A stretch of 64,000 bases of DNA from Campylobacteraceae bacterium (GTDB lineage Bacteria > Campylobacterota > Campylobacteria > Campylobacterales > Arcobacteraceae). Shown in pieces: positions 19,051-29,567 of the stretch; position 1 is the stretch's first letter; each line of letters starts with the position of its first letter. The position numbers and the translations under genes are program-made. The DNA lies in contig JABXII010000023.1 in NCBI GenBank assembly GCA_013373175.1, positions 9,945 through 73,944 of the forward strand. Reading direction: 5' to 3'. The notes below the pieces were generated by a model. It was given only the letters and a program-made list of their open reading frames with translations, was not told where the DNA came from and made no database searches.

Positions 19051-20811
19051 TTATTTAAAGTTTTTGTTTATAACTTCTAAAAACTCTTGTGGATTTTTAT
19101 ATCCAATTATTTTAGCTGCTTTCATTTCTTGATTATTTTCATCATAAAAGATTAAAGCAGGAGGCCCAAATACTTGGAATTTTTTCATTAAAGCTTTGTC
19201 TTCATCTGTATTTTTTGTAACATCAGCTTTTAAAAGAGTAAACTTCTCAAGTACTTTTAAAACCTTTTCATCTTTAAAAGTGATATTATCTAACTCTTTA
19301 CAAGAAACACACCAACTAGCCCAAAAATCAAGCATAACTGGTTTATTTGAAGCTTTTATTGCCCGGTCAAGTTCTTCTAGATTTTTAATCTTAACAAAAT
19401 CCAAGTCACTTGAACTTGTAGCTACAACTTTTGAAGAAGTAAATTTTTCAAGTGGCTTTAATACATTTGTAGCACCACTTATTGCTCCAATAAATGTTGC
19501 TGCACCATAGATTAAAAGTACAGTTGCAAAAAGTTTCACTAAAATGTGCTCAAATGTTTTGATAAATAATCCAGCTCCTAAGAATAATAAAGCCCATAAA
19601 TACATAATTAAAGTTGGGTTTAGTACTCTATCTAACATCCAAACTGCAATTGCAAGCATTACAATACCAAATACTTTTGTAACTTGTTCCATCCAGCCAC
19701 CAGGTTTTGGCATAAATTTACCAGCTCCAAGTCCAATAAGAAGTAAAGGAACACCCATACCTAAACTCATCACAAATAAAGCAGCTCCACCTAATACGGC
19801 ATCACCTGTTTGACCAATATAAACTAAAGCTCCTGCAAGAGGTGGCGCAACACAAGGACCAACAACAAGGGCTGATAAGAATCCCATTACGGCAACTCCA
19901 AATACCCCTTGCTTTTCTTTTCCTTCTGTTGTTTTATTTAGTTTTGTTTGGAAGCTTTGAGGTAGTTCTAATTTGAAATATCCAAACATAGAGAAAGCCA
20001 ATACTACAAAGATAAAGGCAAAAGATACTAAGACGTATGGATTTTGTAAAGCAACTTGTAAATTAGCTCCAAATATTCCTGCTATAACTCCTGCAATCGT
20101 ATATGCTAATGCCATTGCTAAAACATAAACTAAAGATAAAAAGAAGCCTTTAGAAGCTGTTAATTTTTCACTATCTCCTGCTTTTACAATGATAGATGAA
20201 AGAATAGGAATCATTGGGAAAACACAAGGAGTTAGAGATAATAAAAGTCCAAATCCAAAGAAAGTTGCAAGAACTAAAATTGCACTTTTATCTTTAAGAG
20301 TATTTACAATTGAATCACTCTCAGAAATATTTTCATCAGCACTTGTTTCAGTTGTAGTTAGTTCTTTTTTAACTTCATTACTTTTTGAAGCTTCTAATTT
20401 TGAAGCTAAATTTACAGAAATAGTTTCACTCATAGGTGCATAACAAAGTCCTGCTTTTGAACATCCTTGAAAGTTTAATTGAATCTCATAATTATCAGAT
20501 TGTACTTCTTGTTTCAGTAGTGAAAAAGGAATATCTATAGAGATTTCATTGAAATGAACAATAAATTCATGATACTCTTCAGGTTTTGGCATATTAAGTT
20601 TAGATGTTATCTCTTTTTTTTCTGGTTTTGTAATTAAAACTTTTAATTGCTCATCATAAAGATAAATATCTTTACCTAATTTTATAGTTGCAACAACTTT
20701 ATTTTGTTGTTCTTCTAGTTTTACTTTAAATGCTTCATGTGGTTCTAAAAATGATCTTTGTATAGAAAAAGCATATACAACCATAAACATTAATAATAGT
20801 ATTTTTTTCAT
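19051..20811 (-). CDS. dsbD: Protein-disulfide reductase DsbD
   Basis: QGCSKAGLCY, LTPCVFPMIP, GPCVAPPL, WASWCVSCK. Confidence 0.96.
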   Translation of the reverse strand: MKKILLLMFMVVYAFSIQRSFLEPHEAFKVKLEEQQNKVVATIKLGKDIYLYDEQLKVLITKPEKKEITSKLNMPKPEEYHEFIVHFNEISIDIPFSLLKQEVQSDNYEIQLNFQGCSKAGLCYAPMSETISVNLASKLEASKSNEVKKELTTTETSADENISESDSIVNTLKDKSAILVLATFFGFGLLLSLTPCVFPMIPILSSIIVKAGDSEKLTASKGFFLSLVYVLAMALAYTIAGVIAGIFGANLQVALQNPYVLVSFAFIFVVLAFSMFGYFKLELPQSFQTKLNKTTEGKEKQGVFGVAVMGFLSALVVGPCVAPPLAGALVYIGQTGDAVLGGAALFVMSLGMGVPLLLIGLGAGKFMPKPGGWMEQVTKVFGIVMLAIAVWMLDRVLNPTLIMYLWALLFLGAGLFIKTFEHILVKLFATVLLIYGAATFIGAISGATNVLKPLEKFTSSKVVATSSSDLDFVKIKNLEELDRAIKASNKPVMLDFWASWCVSCKELDNITFKDEKVLKVLEKFTLLKADVTKNTDEDKALMKKFQVFGPPALIFYDENNQEMKAAKIIGYKNPQEFLEVINKNFK

Positions 20812-20981
20812 TTATAGTACAACCTTATTTTAAATCTTGTTGGTATTATAATCTATTTATGTGAAGTATTTGTTTATATATGGATTATAACTTTCTTATA
20901 TTTTAGAATTATAATTAAATATTATAAAATATTTGATATTTATTAGTTATTATTTTGAATAATTAATTATAAGGAATACTA

Positions 20982-21338
20982 ATGAGTAAAGTTATTGATT
21001 TATCAGTAGATGAAATTGAAAAAATGATAAATGAAGATGTGGTAATGATTGATGTAAGACGTGATGATGAATTTAAACACACTGGTATAATCAAAAATTC
21101 ACATAAAATGACTTTCTTTGATATGTTTGGAAACTGTGATGTTCCGACATGGTTAGCTCAATTTGAGAAATTAGTAAAATCAAAAGATCAATTAGTAGTT
21201 TTAATCTGTGCTCATGCAAATAGAACAAGAGTTATTGGAGATTTTTTAACTCAAAATCATGGCTATACTAATATTGCACATTTAGAAGGTGGTATGGCAA
21301 ATTGGTTAGACCACAATAAAGAAACAGTTTTTAATTAG
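20982..21338 (+). CDS. Rhodanese-like domain protein
   Basis: IDVR, VLICAHANRT, LEGGMANW. Confidence 0.9.
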   Translation: MSKVIDLSVDEIEKMINEDVVMIDVRRDDEFKHTGIIKNSHKMTFFDMFGNCDVPTWLAQFEKLVKSKDQLVVLICAHANRTRVIGDFLTQNHGYTNIAHLEGGMANWLDHNKETVFN

Positions 21339-21351
21339 TGCAAAGAAGAGA

Positions 21352-21585
21352 TTACTCTTCCTCTTCTTTTTTCTTCGCACTTGCTTCTTGTAAAATTTCA
21401 ATTACATTATCTAAGTTTTCATATGGAATATGTGATTTCCACTCAATATCTTTTCCATTTAATGAAATTCCAATACTTACAACATCAGGTGTTCCCTTAC
21501 CATATGGCTCAGAAACATTTGAGATAGATATTACCCCTTTTTTTGTTCCACTTAAAGGAAGAGTTCCTAATTCTGTAGTTGCCAT
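21352..21585 (-). CDS. Hypothetical protein (77 aa)
   Basis: Compact ORF with AAGGA SD, co-oriented with the upstream gene. Confidence 0.75.
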   Translation of the reverse strand: MATTELGTLPLSGTKKGVISISNVSEPYGKGTPDVVSIGISLNGKDIEWKSHIPYENLDNVIEILQEASAKKKEEEE

Positions 21586-21639
21586 GTGTAATCCTTTTTT
21601 TAATTTGTTTAAATTTTACTAAAAATAACTTTTATTTAG

Positions 21640-24144
21640 TTAAAAAAGTGGTGCTGGTTCACCTAAATAGAAACCTTGGTACTCATCTGCGTCTAATTTC
21701 TGCAATATTTTATATACTGTTTCGTTATGAATAAATTCTACTACAACAATAATTTTTAAAGATTTACAAAAATCAATTATAGATTTTACCATTTCATAAG
21801 AAGTTTGGTCCGTATCAATATTTTTAATTAAAGAACCATCAATCTTTATATATTCTGGTTTTATATTTAAAACGTGAGTAAAGTTAGAATATCCCGTACC
21901 AAAATCATCAATTGCGAATTTAATACCCTTTTTTCTAAATGTTCCTATAAAATCATCTAAAACCTTATGGTCTGAGATAAAATCACTTTCAAGTATTTCA
22001 AAAACTACCTTTTCTCTTTGTTCTTTAGTTAAAAGATTCACTTCTCTTTCAATAAAGTCCATAAAGTCTAAATTCAAGATATCTGAGAAACTGATATTTA
22101 CAGATACAAGTTTTCCTATTCTGTCTAAATTATCAAATGCTTTTTTTATAATTATTTGATTTAATTTAAAATACTGTTTTGTTTTTATTGCCACATCAAA
22201 AAAGTTTCCTGGAGCTAGGAATTTTTCTTCTCCATCTACAGTATCTTTTATTCTCATCAGAGTTTCATATTTGATTAGGTTTTCATCTTTGTCAAAGATT
22301 GGTTGAAAAAATGGAATTACATTGTCGTTTATAATTGCATTTTTGATTTTATCTTTCCAATGCATCATTTTTTTGATATTTTCTTTTACATCAATATTTT
22401 TATTATAAACAACTGTTCTTTGAGAAGTTTGTTTTGCTTTGTTTAAAGCAGTGTTTGCACACTTTACAGGTTGGTTTTGAGAGATTGAAGTACCAACTGT
22501 AACTGATAGATATAAATCAACACCTAAGCCTTCTATTTTAAACTCTTTGACAAATAACTCATGTATCTTATCTATCATTTTTTCATAAGCTAAAAACCTA
22601 ACAATACTTGTATCTTTTAATGCAAAGATGTCACCATTTACTCGATATAGAGTTAAATCATGCTCTTTTGCAAACTCTTTTAATCTTTCAGTGATTTTGA
22701 TTAAAAGCTCATTTCCTATTTGGAAACCATAAAGTTCATTTATATCATCAAAATTATTTATATCGATAAAATTTATTGCAACAAACTCTTCATCTTTGAT
22801 ACTATCAATTAAACATTCTCTATTTTCTAATCCTGTTAAATCATCATAATAAAGTTTTTTTCTTAACTCTTCTGTTCTTTCTTCTATTTTTTCTTCTAGA
22901 TTTTTTGTATTTTCTTGAATTGAGTCTAACATCTTATTAAAGTGATTTGCTAAAATACCTAACTCATCGTTACTTTGAACAGGAGTTCTTACTTCTAAGT
23001 TCCCTTCTTCTACTAATCTAGCATTTTCCGATAAGTCTTGAATAGGTTTTAAAAGTTTTTGTAAAAATACTATTGCTATAAAGACTACTATAAAAAGAAG
23101 AATTATTGATAAGTTAATCAACATTGAATCAATCTCTTCAACTTTTTTCTCTAAATCTTTTTTATAAATTGAAGATATTATATACCAACCAAAGAAATCA
23201 TTATATTCAACCCAACCAAGTTTTTCATAGCTAAAGTTTTCTGGGTCTTCTTCTGTATTCCAAGTATATTTCCAAACATTTTTGCTTAAAGAAGCTTCTT
23301 TAAGCTCTCTTGATAATTTTGGAACATTAAGATATTTTCCATACTTACCTAAAGCTAAAGAGTCTCCTATTAAAGACTTATTTGGATGAGCAATAACTCT
23401 AAACTCTTCATCTAAAATAAATATATCTCCATACCCTTCTTTAAAAAGAGTATCAATCAATGGAGTAAGGTTTTGAACAGCTTTTTCTTTTTGGGCATCT
23501 ATTTCCATTTGAATATTTGATTTAGCTGTTACTGAAGAAATAATAATATCAAAAGGCTCAAAATAGATACTATGTACAATCTTATCTGAGACGATATCAG
23601 AATTTAATTTTTTCCATGAATAATTACTATAAGTCTCTTTTTCTTGTATTACATTAGTAATAATTGTAGGAGCAAAAACTCTGCCCTTTGCATCTTTTGC
23701 ATTGTAAAAGTTTTTTCCTATATTAGATTTATCAGGATGAAATAAAATAGTTCCTTTTAAATCAATAATATATAAATAAGCTTCATCATCATAAGAGATT
23801 TTAGAGATAATAGAAATAGCTTTTTTTAGTGCTTCTTCTTTTGAGTAATTATTATTTTCAAAATCTTTGTAATAATCTTCAAAGATGTCATAGGCAAAAT
23901 AAGAAAGATTTCTTATTCTTTGTCTATACTCTTTATCTTTGAAGGTTTCAAATTCACTTATTTGTTCTTTTTTTGAGTCTACTATATATGATATTTTTTC
24001 AAGTTGTAATTTTACTTGAGTTTTTTCAAAGTCTAATAAATATTTTGTTATTTTTGGTGAGATAATAAATGTTATAAAAAGTAGATATACTGAAATGATA
24101 AGAATAAAAGTTGCCCCAATCTTTAAGAAAATTTTATTTTTCAT
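21640..24144 (-). CDS. Cache/HAMP sensor with degenerate GGDEF and EAL domain (c-di-GMP phosphodiesterase)
   Basis: Cache-like periplasmic domains, HAMP (DELGILANHFN), DDLTGL...RVNGDIFAL, FFQP, YETLMR, IDDFGTGYS, KIDGS, QGFYL. Confidence 0.92.
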   Translation of the reverse strand: MKNKIFLKIGATFILIISVYLLFITFIISPKITKYLLDFEKTQVKLQLEKISYIVDSKKEQISEFETFKDKEYRQRIRNLSYFAYDIFEDYYKDFENNNYSKEEALKKAISIISKISYDDEAYLYIIDLKGTILFHPDKSNIGKNFYNAKDAKGRVFAPTIITNVIQEKETYSNYSWKKLNSDIVSDKIVHSIYFEPFDIIISSVTAKSNIQMEIDAQKEKAVQNLTPLIDTLFKEGYGDIFILDEEFRVIAHPNKSLIGDSLALGKYGKYLNVPKLSRELKEASLSKNVWKYTWNTEEDPENFSYEKLGWVEYNDFFGWYIISSIYKKDLEKKVEEIDSMLINLSIILLFIVVFIAIVFLQKLLKPIQDLSENARLVEEGNLEVRTPVQSNDELGILANHFNKMLDSIQENTKNLEEKIEERTEELRKKLYYDDLTGLENRECLIDSIKDEEFVAINFIDINNFDDINELYGFQIGNELLIKITERLKEFAKEHDLTLYRVNGDIFALKDTSIVRFLAYEKMIDKIHELFVKEFKIEGLGVDLYLSVTVGTSISQNQPVKCANTALNKAKQTSQRTVVYNKNIDVKENIKKMMHWKDKIKNAIINDNVIPFFQPIFDKDENLIKYETLMRIKDTVDGEEKFLAPGNFFDVAIKTKQYFKLNQIIIKKAFDNLDRIGKLVSVNISFSDILNLDFMDFIEREVNLLTKEQREKVVFEILESDFISDHKVLDDFIGTFRKKGIKFAIDDFGTGYSNFTHVLNIKPEYIKIDGSLIKNIDTDQTSYEMVKSIIDFCKSLKIIVVVEFIHNETVYKILQKLDADEYQGFYLGEPAPLF

Positions 24145-24159
24145 ATTCAGTAAACCTTT

Positions 24160-24190
24160 TTATAATATAGCACTTATAATATAGCACTTA
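24160..24190. repeat. Tandem 14-bp duplication (TTATAATATAGCAC x2.2) containing an extended -10 box
   Basis: TTATAATATAGCAC at 24160-24173 and 24174-24187, then TTA. Minus strand reads AAGTGCTATATTAT twice. Confidence 0.9.
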
Positions 24191-24195
24191 TTTAA

Positions 24196-25002
24196 CTAGT
24201 TTTTTTGGCAGATCTTTTGTCCATACTTTATAGACTGACCTGTTAAGTTTTCTAATTGAACAAATCCTTTTTCCCAGAACATAACTACAGTAGAACCCAT
24301 TTTAAAGTAACCTAAGCAATCACCTTTTTTAATCATTTTATTTTCATATTCATAAATTTGAATATCTCTGATTTTTGTATTTGTTTCCACTTTTGGTTCA
24401 AATTCAAATACCATTTGTCCTACATTTAGTGCACCTACAAAAACCATGTAAAATAATTTGTTTTCATGAACACACTCTAAAATAACTCTTTCATTTTCTG
24501 CAAATAAATCAATTTGTTTATTTAAATATTTTAAGTTCACTGGATACAATTTTCCTGGTACATGAAGTAATCTCTTTACTTCAAAATCACAAGGAGAATG
24601 ATATCTATGATAATCTCTTGGAGAAAGGTAGAAATTCATGTATTTACCATTTAATAACTTTTTAAAATTATTAGAACAGTTATAAGTTAGTAGTTCTTCA
24701 AAAGAGTATTCCATTCCTTTGATTTGTAAAGCTAAATCTCCATTTACATCTCCACATTGAGTAATTAAACTATCTGTTGGAGAAATAAATACGTTTTCAT
24801 CTTCGTTGATTTGTCTTGCAATTGCTAGCTCTCTTGTAAAAAGATCATTTAGTGATTTATAAAATTTTTCATTTCTAAATTCACTCATATCTAACTTCAT
24901 ACTTTTCACATATACTTTATTAATAAATTTTTGAATAAATGATGGAAACTCTGTTTTTGCAAACTTTCCAAAGTATTGAGAGATAATATTTGTAATATGC
25001 AT
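24196..25002 (-). CDS. psd: Phosphatidylserine decarboxylase
   Basis: LNDLFTR, ISPTDS, YLSPRDYHRYHSP, NERV, VGALNVG, FKMGSTVV (self-cleavage GST). Confidence 0.96.
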   Translation of the reverse strand: MHITNIISQYFGKFAKTEFPSFIQKFINKVYVKSMKLDMSEFRNEKFYKSLNDLFTRELAIARQINEDENVFISPTDSLITQCGDVNGDLALQIKGMEYSFEELLTYNCSNNFKKLLNGKYMNFYLSPRDYHRYHSPCDFEVKRLLHVPGKLYPVNLKYLNKQIDLFAENERVILECVHENKLFYMVFVGALNVGQMVFEFEPKVETNTKIRDIQIYEYENKMIKKGDCLGYFKMGSTVVMFWEKGFVQLENLTGQSIKYGQKICQKN

Positions 25003-25143
25003 TTTTTCCCTTGTTTAGTGTAATATATATATTTTATCCAAATTATACTTGATTTTTTTAAAGCAATTTCATAAATTATTATTCTAAGTCTATTTAAAAA
25101 AAATTTTGATAATCTTCAAAAAAATATTATAGGAGAATTTTTA

Positions 25144-25383
25144 ATGCACAAAGTTATTGTAGAAAAAGAGTGTGGTTGTTTTAAAAGAAGTGATTTACAA
25201 AACAACTTAGAATTTAACTCAAAAGATGATGCTTTAAGTAAAGCAATTCAAATGAAAAACCAGATGAATTTAGAATTTTGTAAAAAACATGAATTTGATT
25301 TAGTAGAACATGGAAACAATTTTGTTATTGATTTCAGACAAGAAGCTCCATCTTCATGTTGTGGTTCAGGGTGCTGTAGCTAG
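25144..25383 (+). CDS. Small cysteine-rich hypothetical protein
   Basis: AGGAG SD, ECGCFK, FCKKH, C-terminal SCCGSGCCS. Confidence 0.8.
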   Translation: MHKVIVEKECGCFKRSDLQNNLEFNSKDDALSKAIQMKNQMNLEFCKKHEFDLVEHGNNFVIDFRQEAPSSCCGSGCCS

Positions 25384-25395
25384 CCAAGTAAGTAG

Positions 25396-26520
25396 TTATT
25401 CTTTAGTACTACTTGGCACAAACTCTTTAGGAACAAGGATAGTAAGCTTTCCTTGTTCTTTCATACCACCTGCATAAATTTCAGCATCTTTTCCAGTTCC
25501 ATAAAAGAAATCAGCTCTAATTTCACCTTTAATTGCACCACCAACATCTGCTGCAACCATAAGTCTATTTATTTTTTCTTGTGTAACTGAATTTTTTGTA
25601 TTGATAAATACAGGCATACCTAATGGTATATATTTTCTATCAACAGCTAAATTTCTTCCAGCAATTAACTCTGTACCTAAAGCTCCTGTTGCACCTTGAG
25701 CTCTTTTTGAAAAGAAGATATAACTTCCGTTTGCATATAAAATTTCATCAACTCTTTGGGGATTGTCTTGTAAGTAAGCTTTAATGCCTTGCATAGAAGC
25801 TCCATACCCTTTTAAAACACCTTCTTGTAAAAGCATTCCTCCAATTCCTTTATATTTATGCCCGTTTTGATTTGCATAACCCACATTTAAAATTTCACCC
25901 GTTTCTAATTGAACTTTTCCTGAACCTTGAATATGTAAAAAGAATAAATCAAATCTATCATCCACATAACAAATAGCTTCTAAATCATCTCTTTCATTAA
26001 TAGCTTCTCTATCATCGTAAGGAATTACCTTATTCCCTTTTAATTTACCTCTTAATCTATACTTTTTAAGCTCCGGATAAATAGAAGATAAATCAACTAT
26101 ATACATATCTTTTGGTGTTTTATAAATTGGATATTTGTATTTTTCTGTTTTTACTAAACTACCTCTTAATAAAGGTTCATAATAACCTGTAATTACACCA
26201 GTATTTGTTTCGTTATTGTTATAAAGTTCATAGGCAACAAAGTTTTCAGTGAAAAATTTTGAGCCATTTGTATAGTCATTTGCTTTAGAACAAGCTTCTT
26301 TAAAAAGTTTATATCTTTTTGCTCTTTTACAATCTTTTTTAAATACTTCTAAGGCATAATTTAAATCATCTTCATAAAAACCTTGGATTTTATTCAAATC
26401 TACTTTTAAAACTTTTGCTTTTGATATTTTATCTAGTTTCTCAAGGGGCAAAGGCTCTTTTTGAGAACAACCTGTAAAAAATAGGATTAAAAATGAAATA
26501 GAAAGAATTATTGCTTTCAT
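25396..26520 (-). CDS. mltA: Membrane-bound lytic murein transglycosylase A (lipoprotein)
   Basis: Lipobox FTGC, TGYYEP, FFLHIQGSG, YANQNGH, AVD, DVGGAIKG, RADFFYG. Confidence 0.93.
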   Translation of the reverse strand: MKAIILSISFLILFFTGCSQKEPLPLEKLDKISKAKVLKVDLNKIQGFYEDDLNYALEVFKKDCKRAKRYKLFKEACSKANDYTNGSKFFTENFVAYELYNNNETNTGVITGYYEPLLRGSLVKTEKYKYPIYKTPKDMYIVDLSSIYPELKKYRLRGKLKGNKVIPYDDREAINERDDLEAICYVDDRFDLFFLHIQGSGKVQLETGEILNVGYANQNGHKYKGIGGMLLQEGVLKGYGASMQGIKAYLQDNPQRVDEILYANGSYIFFSKRAQGATGALGTELIAGRNLAVDRKYIPLGMPVFINTKNSVTQEKINRLMVAADVGGAIKGEIRADFFYGTGKDAEIYAGGMKEQGKLTILVPKEFVPSSTKE

Positions 26521-26574
26521 ATTAGAAGTCCTTCAAAGTTTTTGGAATTCTAACATCTAAAAGTTAATAAAAGA

Positions 26575-26877
26575 TTACATAGAACAATTAGATGATGAGC
26601 TTAGGGGATAGACCTCTTTTAGTCCACATGTTTTACATGTATATTCAATATCATTAACCCCAGAACATCCATGATTTTTTAATACTCTTGTAGAAATTAC
26701 ATCTACTTTAAAAGTGCTTCTTGTTCTTTCATCATAAAAGGTTTTAGCTTTATCTTTACATGAAGGACAAATGCCTTTATTTAGTTGATCTACTCTTGAG
26801 TGTTTGTTTTTAAAATAAAGTAAGATAGAGAAGATTACTATTAAAAAAGTTAATAGTAAAAAAATAAGAGTTTGCAT
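26575..26877 (-). CDS. Membrane-anchored protein with two CxxC pairs (Zn-ribbon-like)
   Basis: N-terminal TM, CPSC...CKTC. Begins 10 nt after the dnaK stop. Confidence 0.75.
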   Translation of the reverse strand: MQTLIFLLLTFLIVIFSILLYFKNKHSRVDQLNKGICPSCKDKAKTFYDERTRSTFKVDVISTRVLKNHGCSGVNDIEYTCKTCGLKEVYPLSSSSNCSM

Positions 26878-26887
26878 GAAGTAGAGA

Positions 26888-28780
26888 TTACTCTACTTCT
26901 GCATCGATAACATCGTCATCGTCTTTTTTAGCTTTTTTATTTGGTTGTGCACCAGCACCTGCTTGGTCACCACCTTCTTTTTTGTACATTGCTTCAGCTA
27001 ATTTATGAGAAACTTCAGTTAAAGCTTTTACTTTTTCTTCAATTTGCTCTTTAGTTGCATTTTCATCTTTTAGAGTTTCCTCTAAAGCTGCTGCTGCATC
27101 AATAATTTTTTGTTTTTCTTCAGCAGAAACTGCATCTTCATTCTCTTCTAATGTTTTCTTAGTTGAGTGTAATAATGCGTCAGCTTGGTTTCTTACTTCA
27201 ATTACTTCTTTTCTTTTTGCATCTGCATCTTTATTTGCTTCTGCTTCATTTACCATTTTTTCGATTTCTTCATCAGATAATCCAGATGAACCAGAAATAG
27301 TAATTTTGTTCTCTTTTCCAGTACCTTTATCTTTAGCAGATACATTTAAAACACCATTTGCATCAATATCAAATGTTACTTCAATTTGAGGAACACCTCT
27401 TGGAGCTGCAGGGATATCAGATAATTCAAACATACCTAAAGATTTATTATCTTTAGCAAATTCTCTTTCACCTTGACCAACGTGAATTGATACTGCTGGT
27501 TGATTGTCTTCTGCTGTAGAGAATACTTGTGATTTTTTAACAGGAATTGTAGTTCCTTTTTCAATCAGTTTAGTCATAACTCCACCTAAAGTTTCAATAC
27601 CAAGTGATAATGGAGTAACGTCTAGTAATAATACATCTTTAACATCTCCTCTTAATACACCAGCTTGAACAGCAGCACCTTTTGCAACAACTTCGTCTGG
27701 ATTTACACCTTTATTTAAATCTTTTCCAAAGAACTCTTTAACAACAGAGTTAGCTTTTGGTAATCTTGTTGAACCACCAACCATAATAACTTCTTGAATC
27801 TCACCTTTATCTAATCCAGCATCTTTCATTGCAGTTTTAATGTGATCTAAAGTCTCAGAAATTAAGTGCTCAGTCATAGACTCAAATTTTGCTCTAGTTA
27901 ATGATTTAACTAAGTGAACTGGACCTGCGTTACCCATAGAAATAAATGGTAAGTTAATTTCTGTTGATTCCGCTGAAGATAACTCTTTTTTAGCATTTTC
28001 AGCTGCATCTTTTAATCTTTGTAATGCCATCTTGTCATTTTTAATATCAAAACCATTTTCAGATTCGAACTCTTTTGCTAACCAATCAATGATTGCGTTA
28101 TCAAAGTCATCTCCACCTAAGAATGCATTACCATCAGTTGAAAGTACTTCAAATGTTCCATCACCAATTTCAAGAACAGTAACGTCAAATGTACCACCAC
28201 CTAAATCGTATACAAGAACTTTTTCTTCACCTTTTTTATCAAGTCCATATGCTAATGAAGCTGCTGTTGGCTCATTGATAATTCTTAATACATTTAAACC
28301 AGCAATAGTACCAGCTTCTTGAGTTGCTTTTCTTTGTGCATCATTGAAGTATGCAGGAACTGTAATAACTGCATCAGTTACAGGTGCTCCTAAATACTCT
28401 TCTGCATCAGCTTTTAATTTTCCTAAAATTTTTGCAGAAATTTCTTGAGGAGTATAAACTTTATCAGCAATTTCAACTGCTGCTGCACCGTTTCTATTAA
28501 CGATTTTATATCCTACTTTTTCTTGTGCTTCTTTAGCATTTTCTTCGTCCATCATAAGACCCATAATTCTTTTTACAGAATAAATAGTCTTTTCTGGGTT
28601 TGTAATAGCTTGTCTTTTTGCTGGATCACCAACTAATACTTCACCTTTATCAGTGAATGCAACGATTGATGGAGTTGTGTTTTTTCCTTCTTTATTAGGA
28701 ATAACTTTAGCTTCACCACCTTCATAAACTGCCATACAAGAGTTTGTTGTACCTAAGTCAATACCAATTACTTTACTCAT
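26888..28780 (-). CDS. dnaK: Chaperone DnaK
   Basis: [39 protein letters not shown]-terminus. Confidence 0.99.
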   Translation of the reverse strand: MSKVIGIDLGTTNSCMAVYEGGEAKVIPNKEGKNTTPSIVAFTDKGEVLVGDPAKRQAITNPEKTIYSVKRIMGLMMDEENAKEAQEKVGYKIVNRNGAAAVEIADKVYTPQEISAKILGKLKADAEEYLGAPVTDAVITVPAYFNDAQRKATQEAGTIAGLNVLRIINEPTAASLAYGLDKKGEEKVLVYDLGGGTFDVTVLEIGDGTFEVLSTDGNAFLGGDDFDNAIIDWLAKEFESENGFDIKNDKMALQRLKDAAENAKKELSSAESTEINLPFISMGNAGPVHLVKSLTRAKFESMTEHLISETLDHIKTAMKDAGLDKGEIQEVIMVGGSTRLPKANSVVKEFFGKDLNKGVNPDEVVAKGAAVQAGVLRGDVKDVLLLDVTPLSLGIETLGGVMTKLIEKGTTIPVKKSQVFSTAEDNQPAVSIHVGQGEREFAKDNKSLGMFELSDIPAAPRGVPQIEVTFDIDANGVLNVSAKDKGTGKENKITISGSSGLSDEEIEKMVNEAEANKDADAKRKEVIEVRNQADALLHSTKKTLEENEDAVSAEEKQKIIDAAAALEETLKDENATKEQIEEKVKALTEVSHKLAEAMYKKEGGDQAGAGAQPNKKAKKDDDDVIDAEVE

Positions 28781-28812
28781 ATTTTTTCCTTTATTTTATG
28801 TTATAAAATCAA

Positions 28813-28903
28813 GGGAACCTTTCATTATAATCTTCTTTAGCGCTTGAAATAAATTCAAGCTAAGAAGCAATCTAAAGCACAAGCAGAAGCTTGTGTAATT
28901 CCC
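28813..28903. other. Structured 91-nt intergenic element (two hairpins inside GGGAA/TTCCC ends)
   Basis: GGGAA(28813)...CTTCTTTAGCGCTTGAA-ATAAA-TTCAAGCTAAGAAG...CACAAGC-AGAA-GCTTGTG...TTCCC(28903). More GC-rich than its flanks. Confidence 0.6.
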
Positions 28904-28963
28904 AACTTTTTTTATTAATTTTTATTTTTATTTCAATAGTTTATAGACATTACGGTCATTTAT

Positions 28964-29557
28964 TTAATTAGCGATGCTAACCATTGATGCTCTAAGAAGT
29001 CTATCTTTAAACTTATAACCTTTTTGCATCACTTGAACGATTTCACCTGTTTTATGGTTTTCACTATCTACTTGCATTACTGCGTCATGGAAATTTGGAT
29101 CAAACTCACCATCTGTTTCGATTATTGAAATATCATGTTTCTCAAATGCTGTGTAGAAGTTTTTAATTGTTAATTCAACGCCTTCTTTTAACTTTGCAAG
29201 AAGCTCTTCTGCTGGAAGCTCTTTTGCTGCTTCTTCAGCTGCAAGTGCCATCTCTAAAGTATCAATTGGCATTAATAAATCTTTTGCAAACTTTTCACTA
29301 GCATAATCAATTGCTTGATATTTTTCTTTTTCTAATCTTTTTTTAATGTTCTCAAAATCTGCATGAACTCTAAAATATTTGTCTTCAGACTCTTTTAACT
29401 TTGCTTCAAGCTCCGCAATTTTTTCTTCTGGTGTTAATTCTTTTGCTTCACAAGATTCATCTTGATTTTCACAAGCTTGTTCTTGTTCTTCAACAGTTTG
29501 TTCAACTTCCTCTTGATTTACTTGCTCTTCATTTAATTCTTCTTTGTTTTCACTCAA
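28964..29557 (-). CDS. grpE: Nucleotide exchange factor GrpE
   Basis: [37 protein letters not shown]. Confidence 0.97.
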   Translation of the reverse strand: MSENKEELNEEQVNQEEVEQTVEEQEQACENQDESCEAKELTPEEKIAELEAKLKESEDKYFRVHADFENIKKRLEKEKYQAIDYASEKFAKDLLMPIDTLEMALAAEEAAKELPAEELLAKLKEGVELTIKNFYTAFEKHDISIIETDGEFDPNFHDAVMQVDSENHKTGEIVQVMQKGYKFKDRLLRASMVSIAN

Positions 29558-29567
29558 AATATATCTC

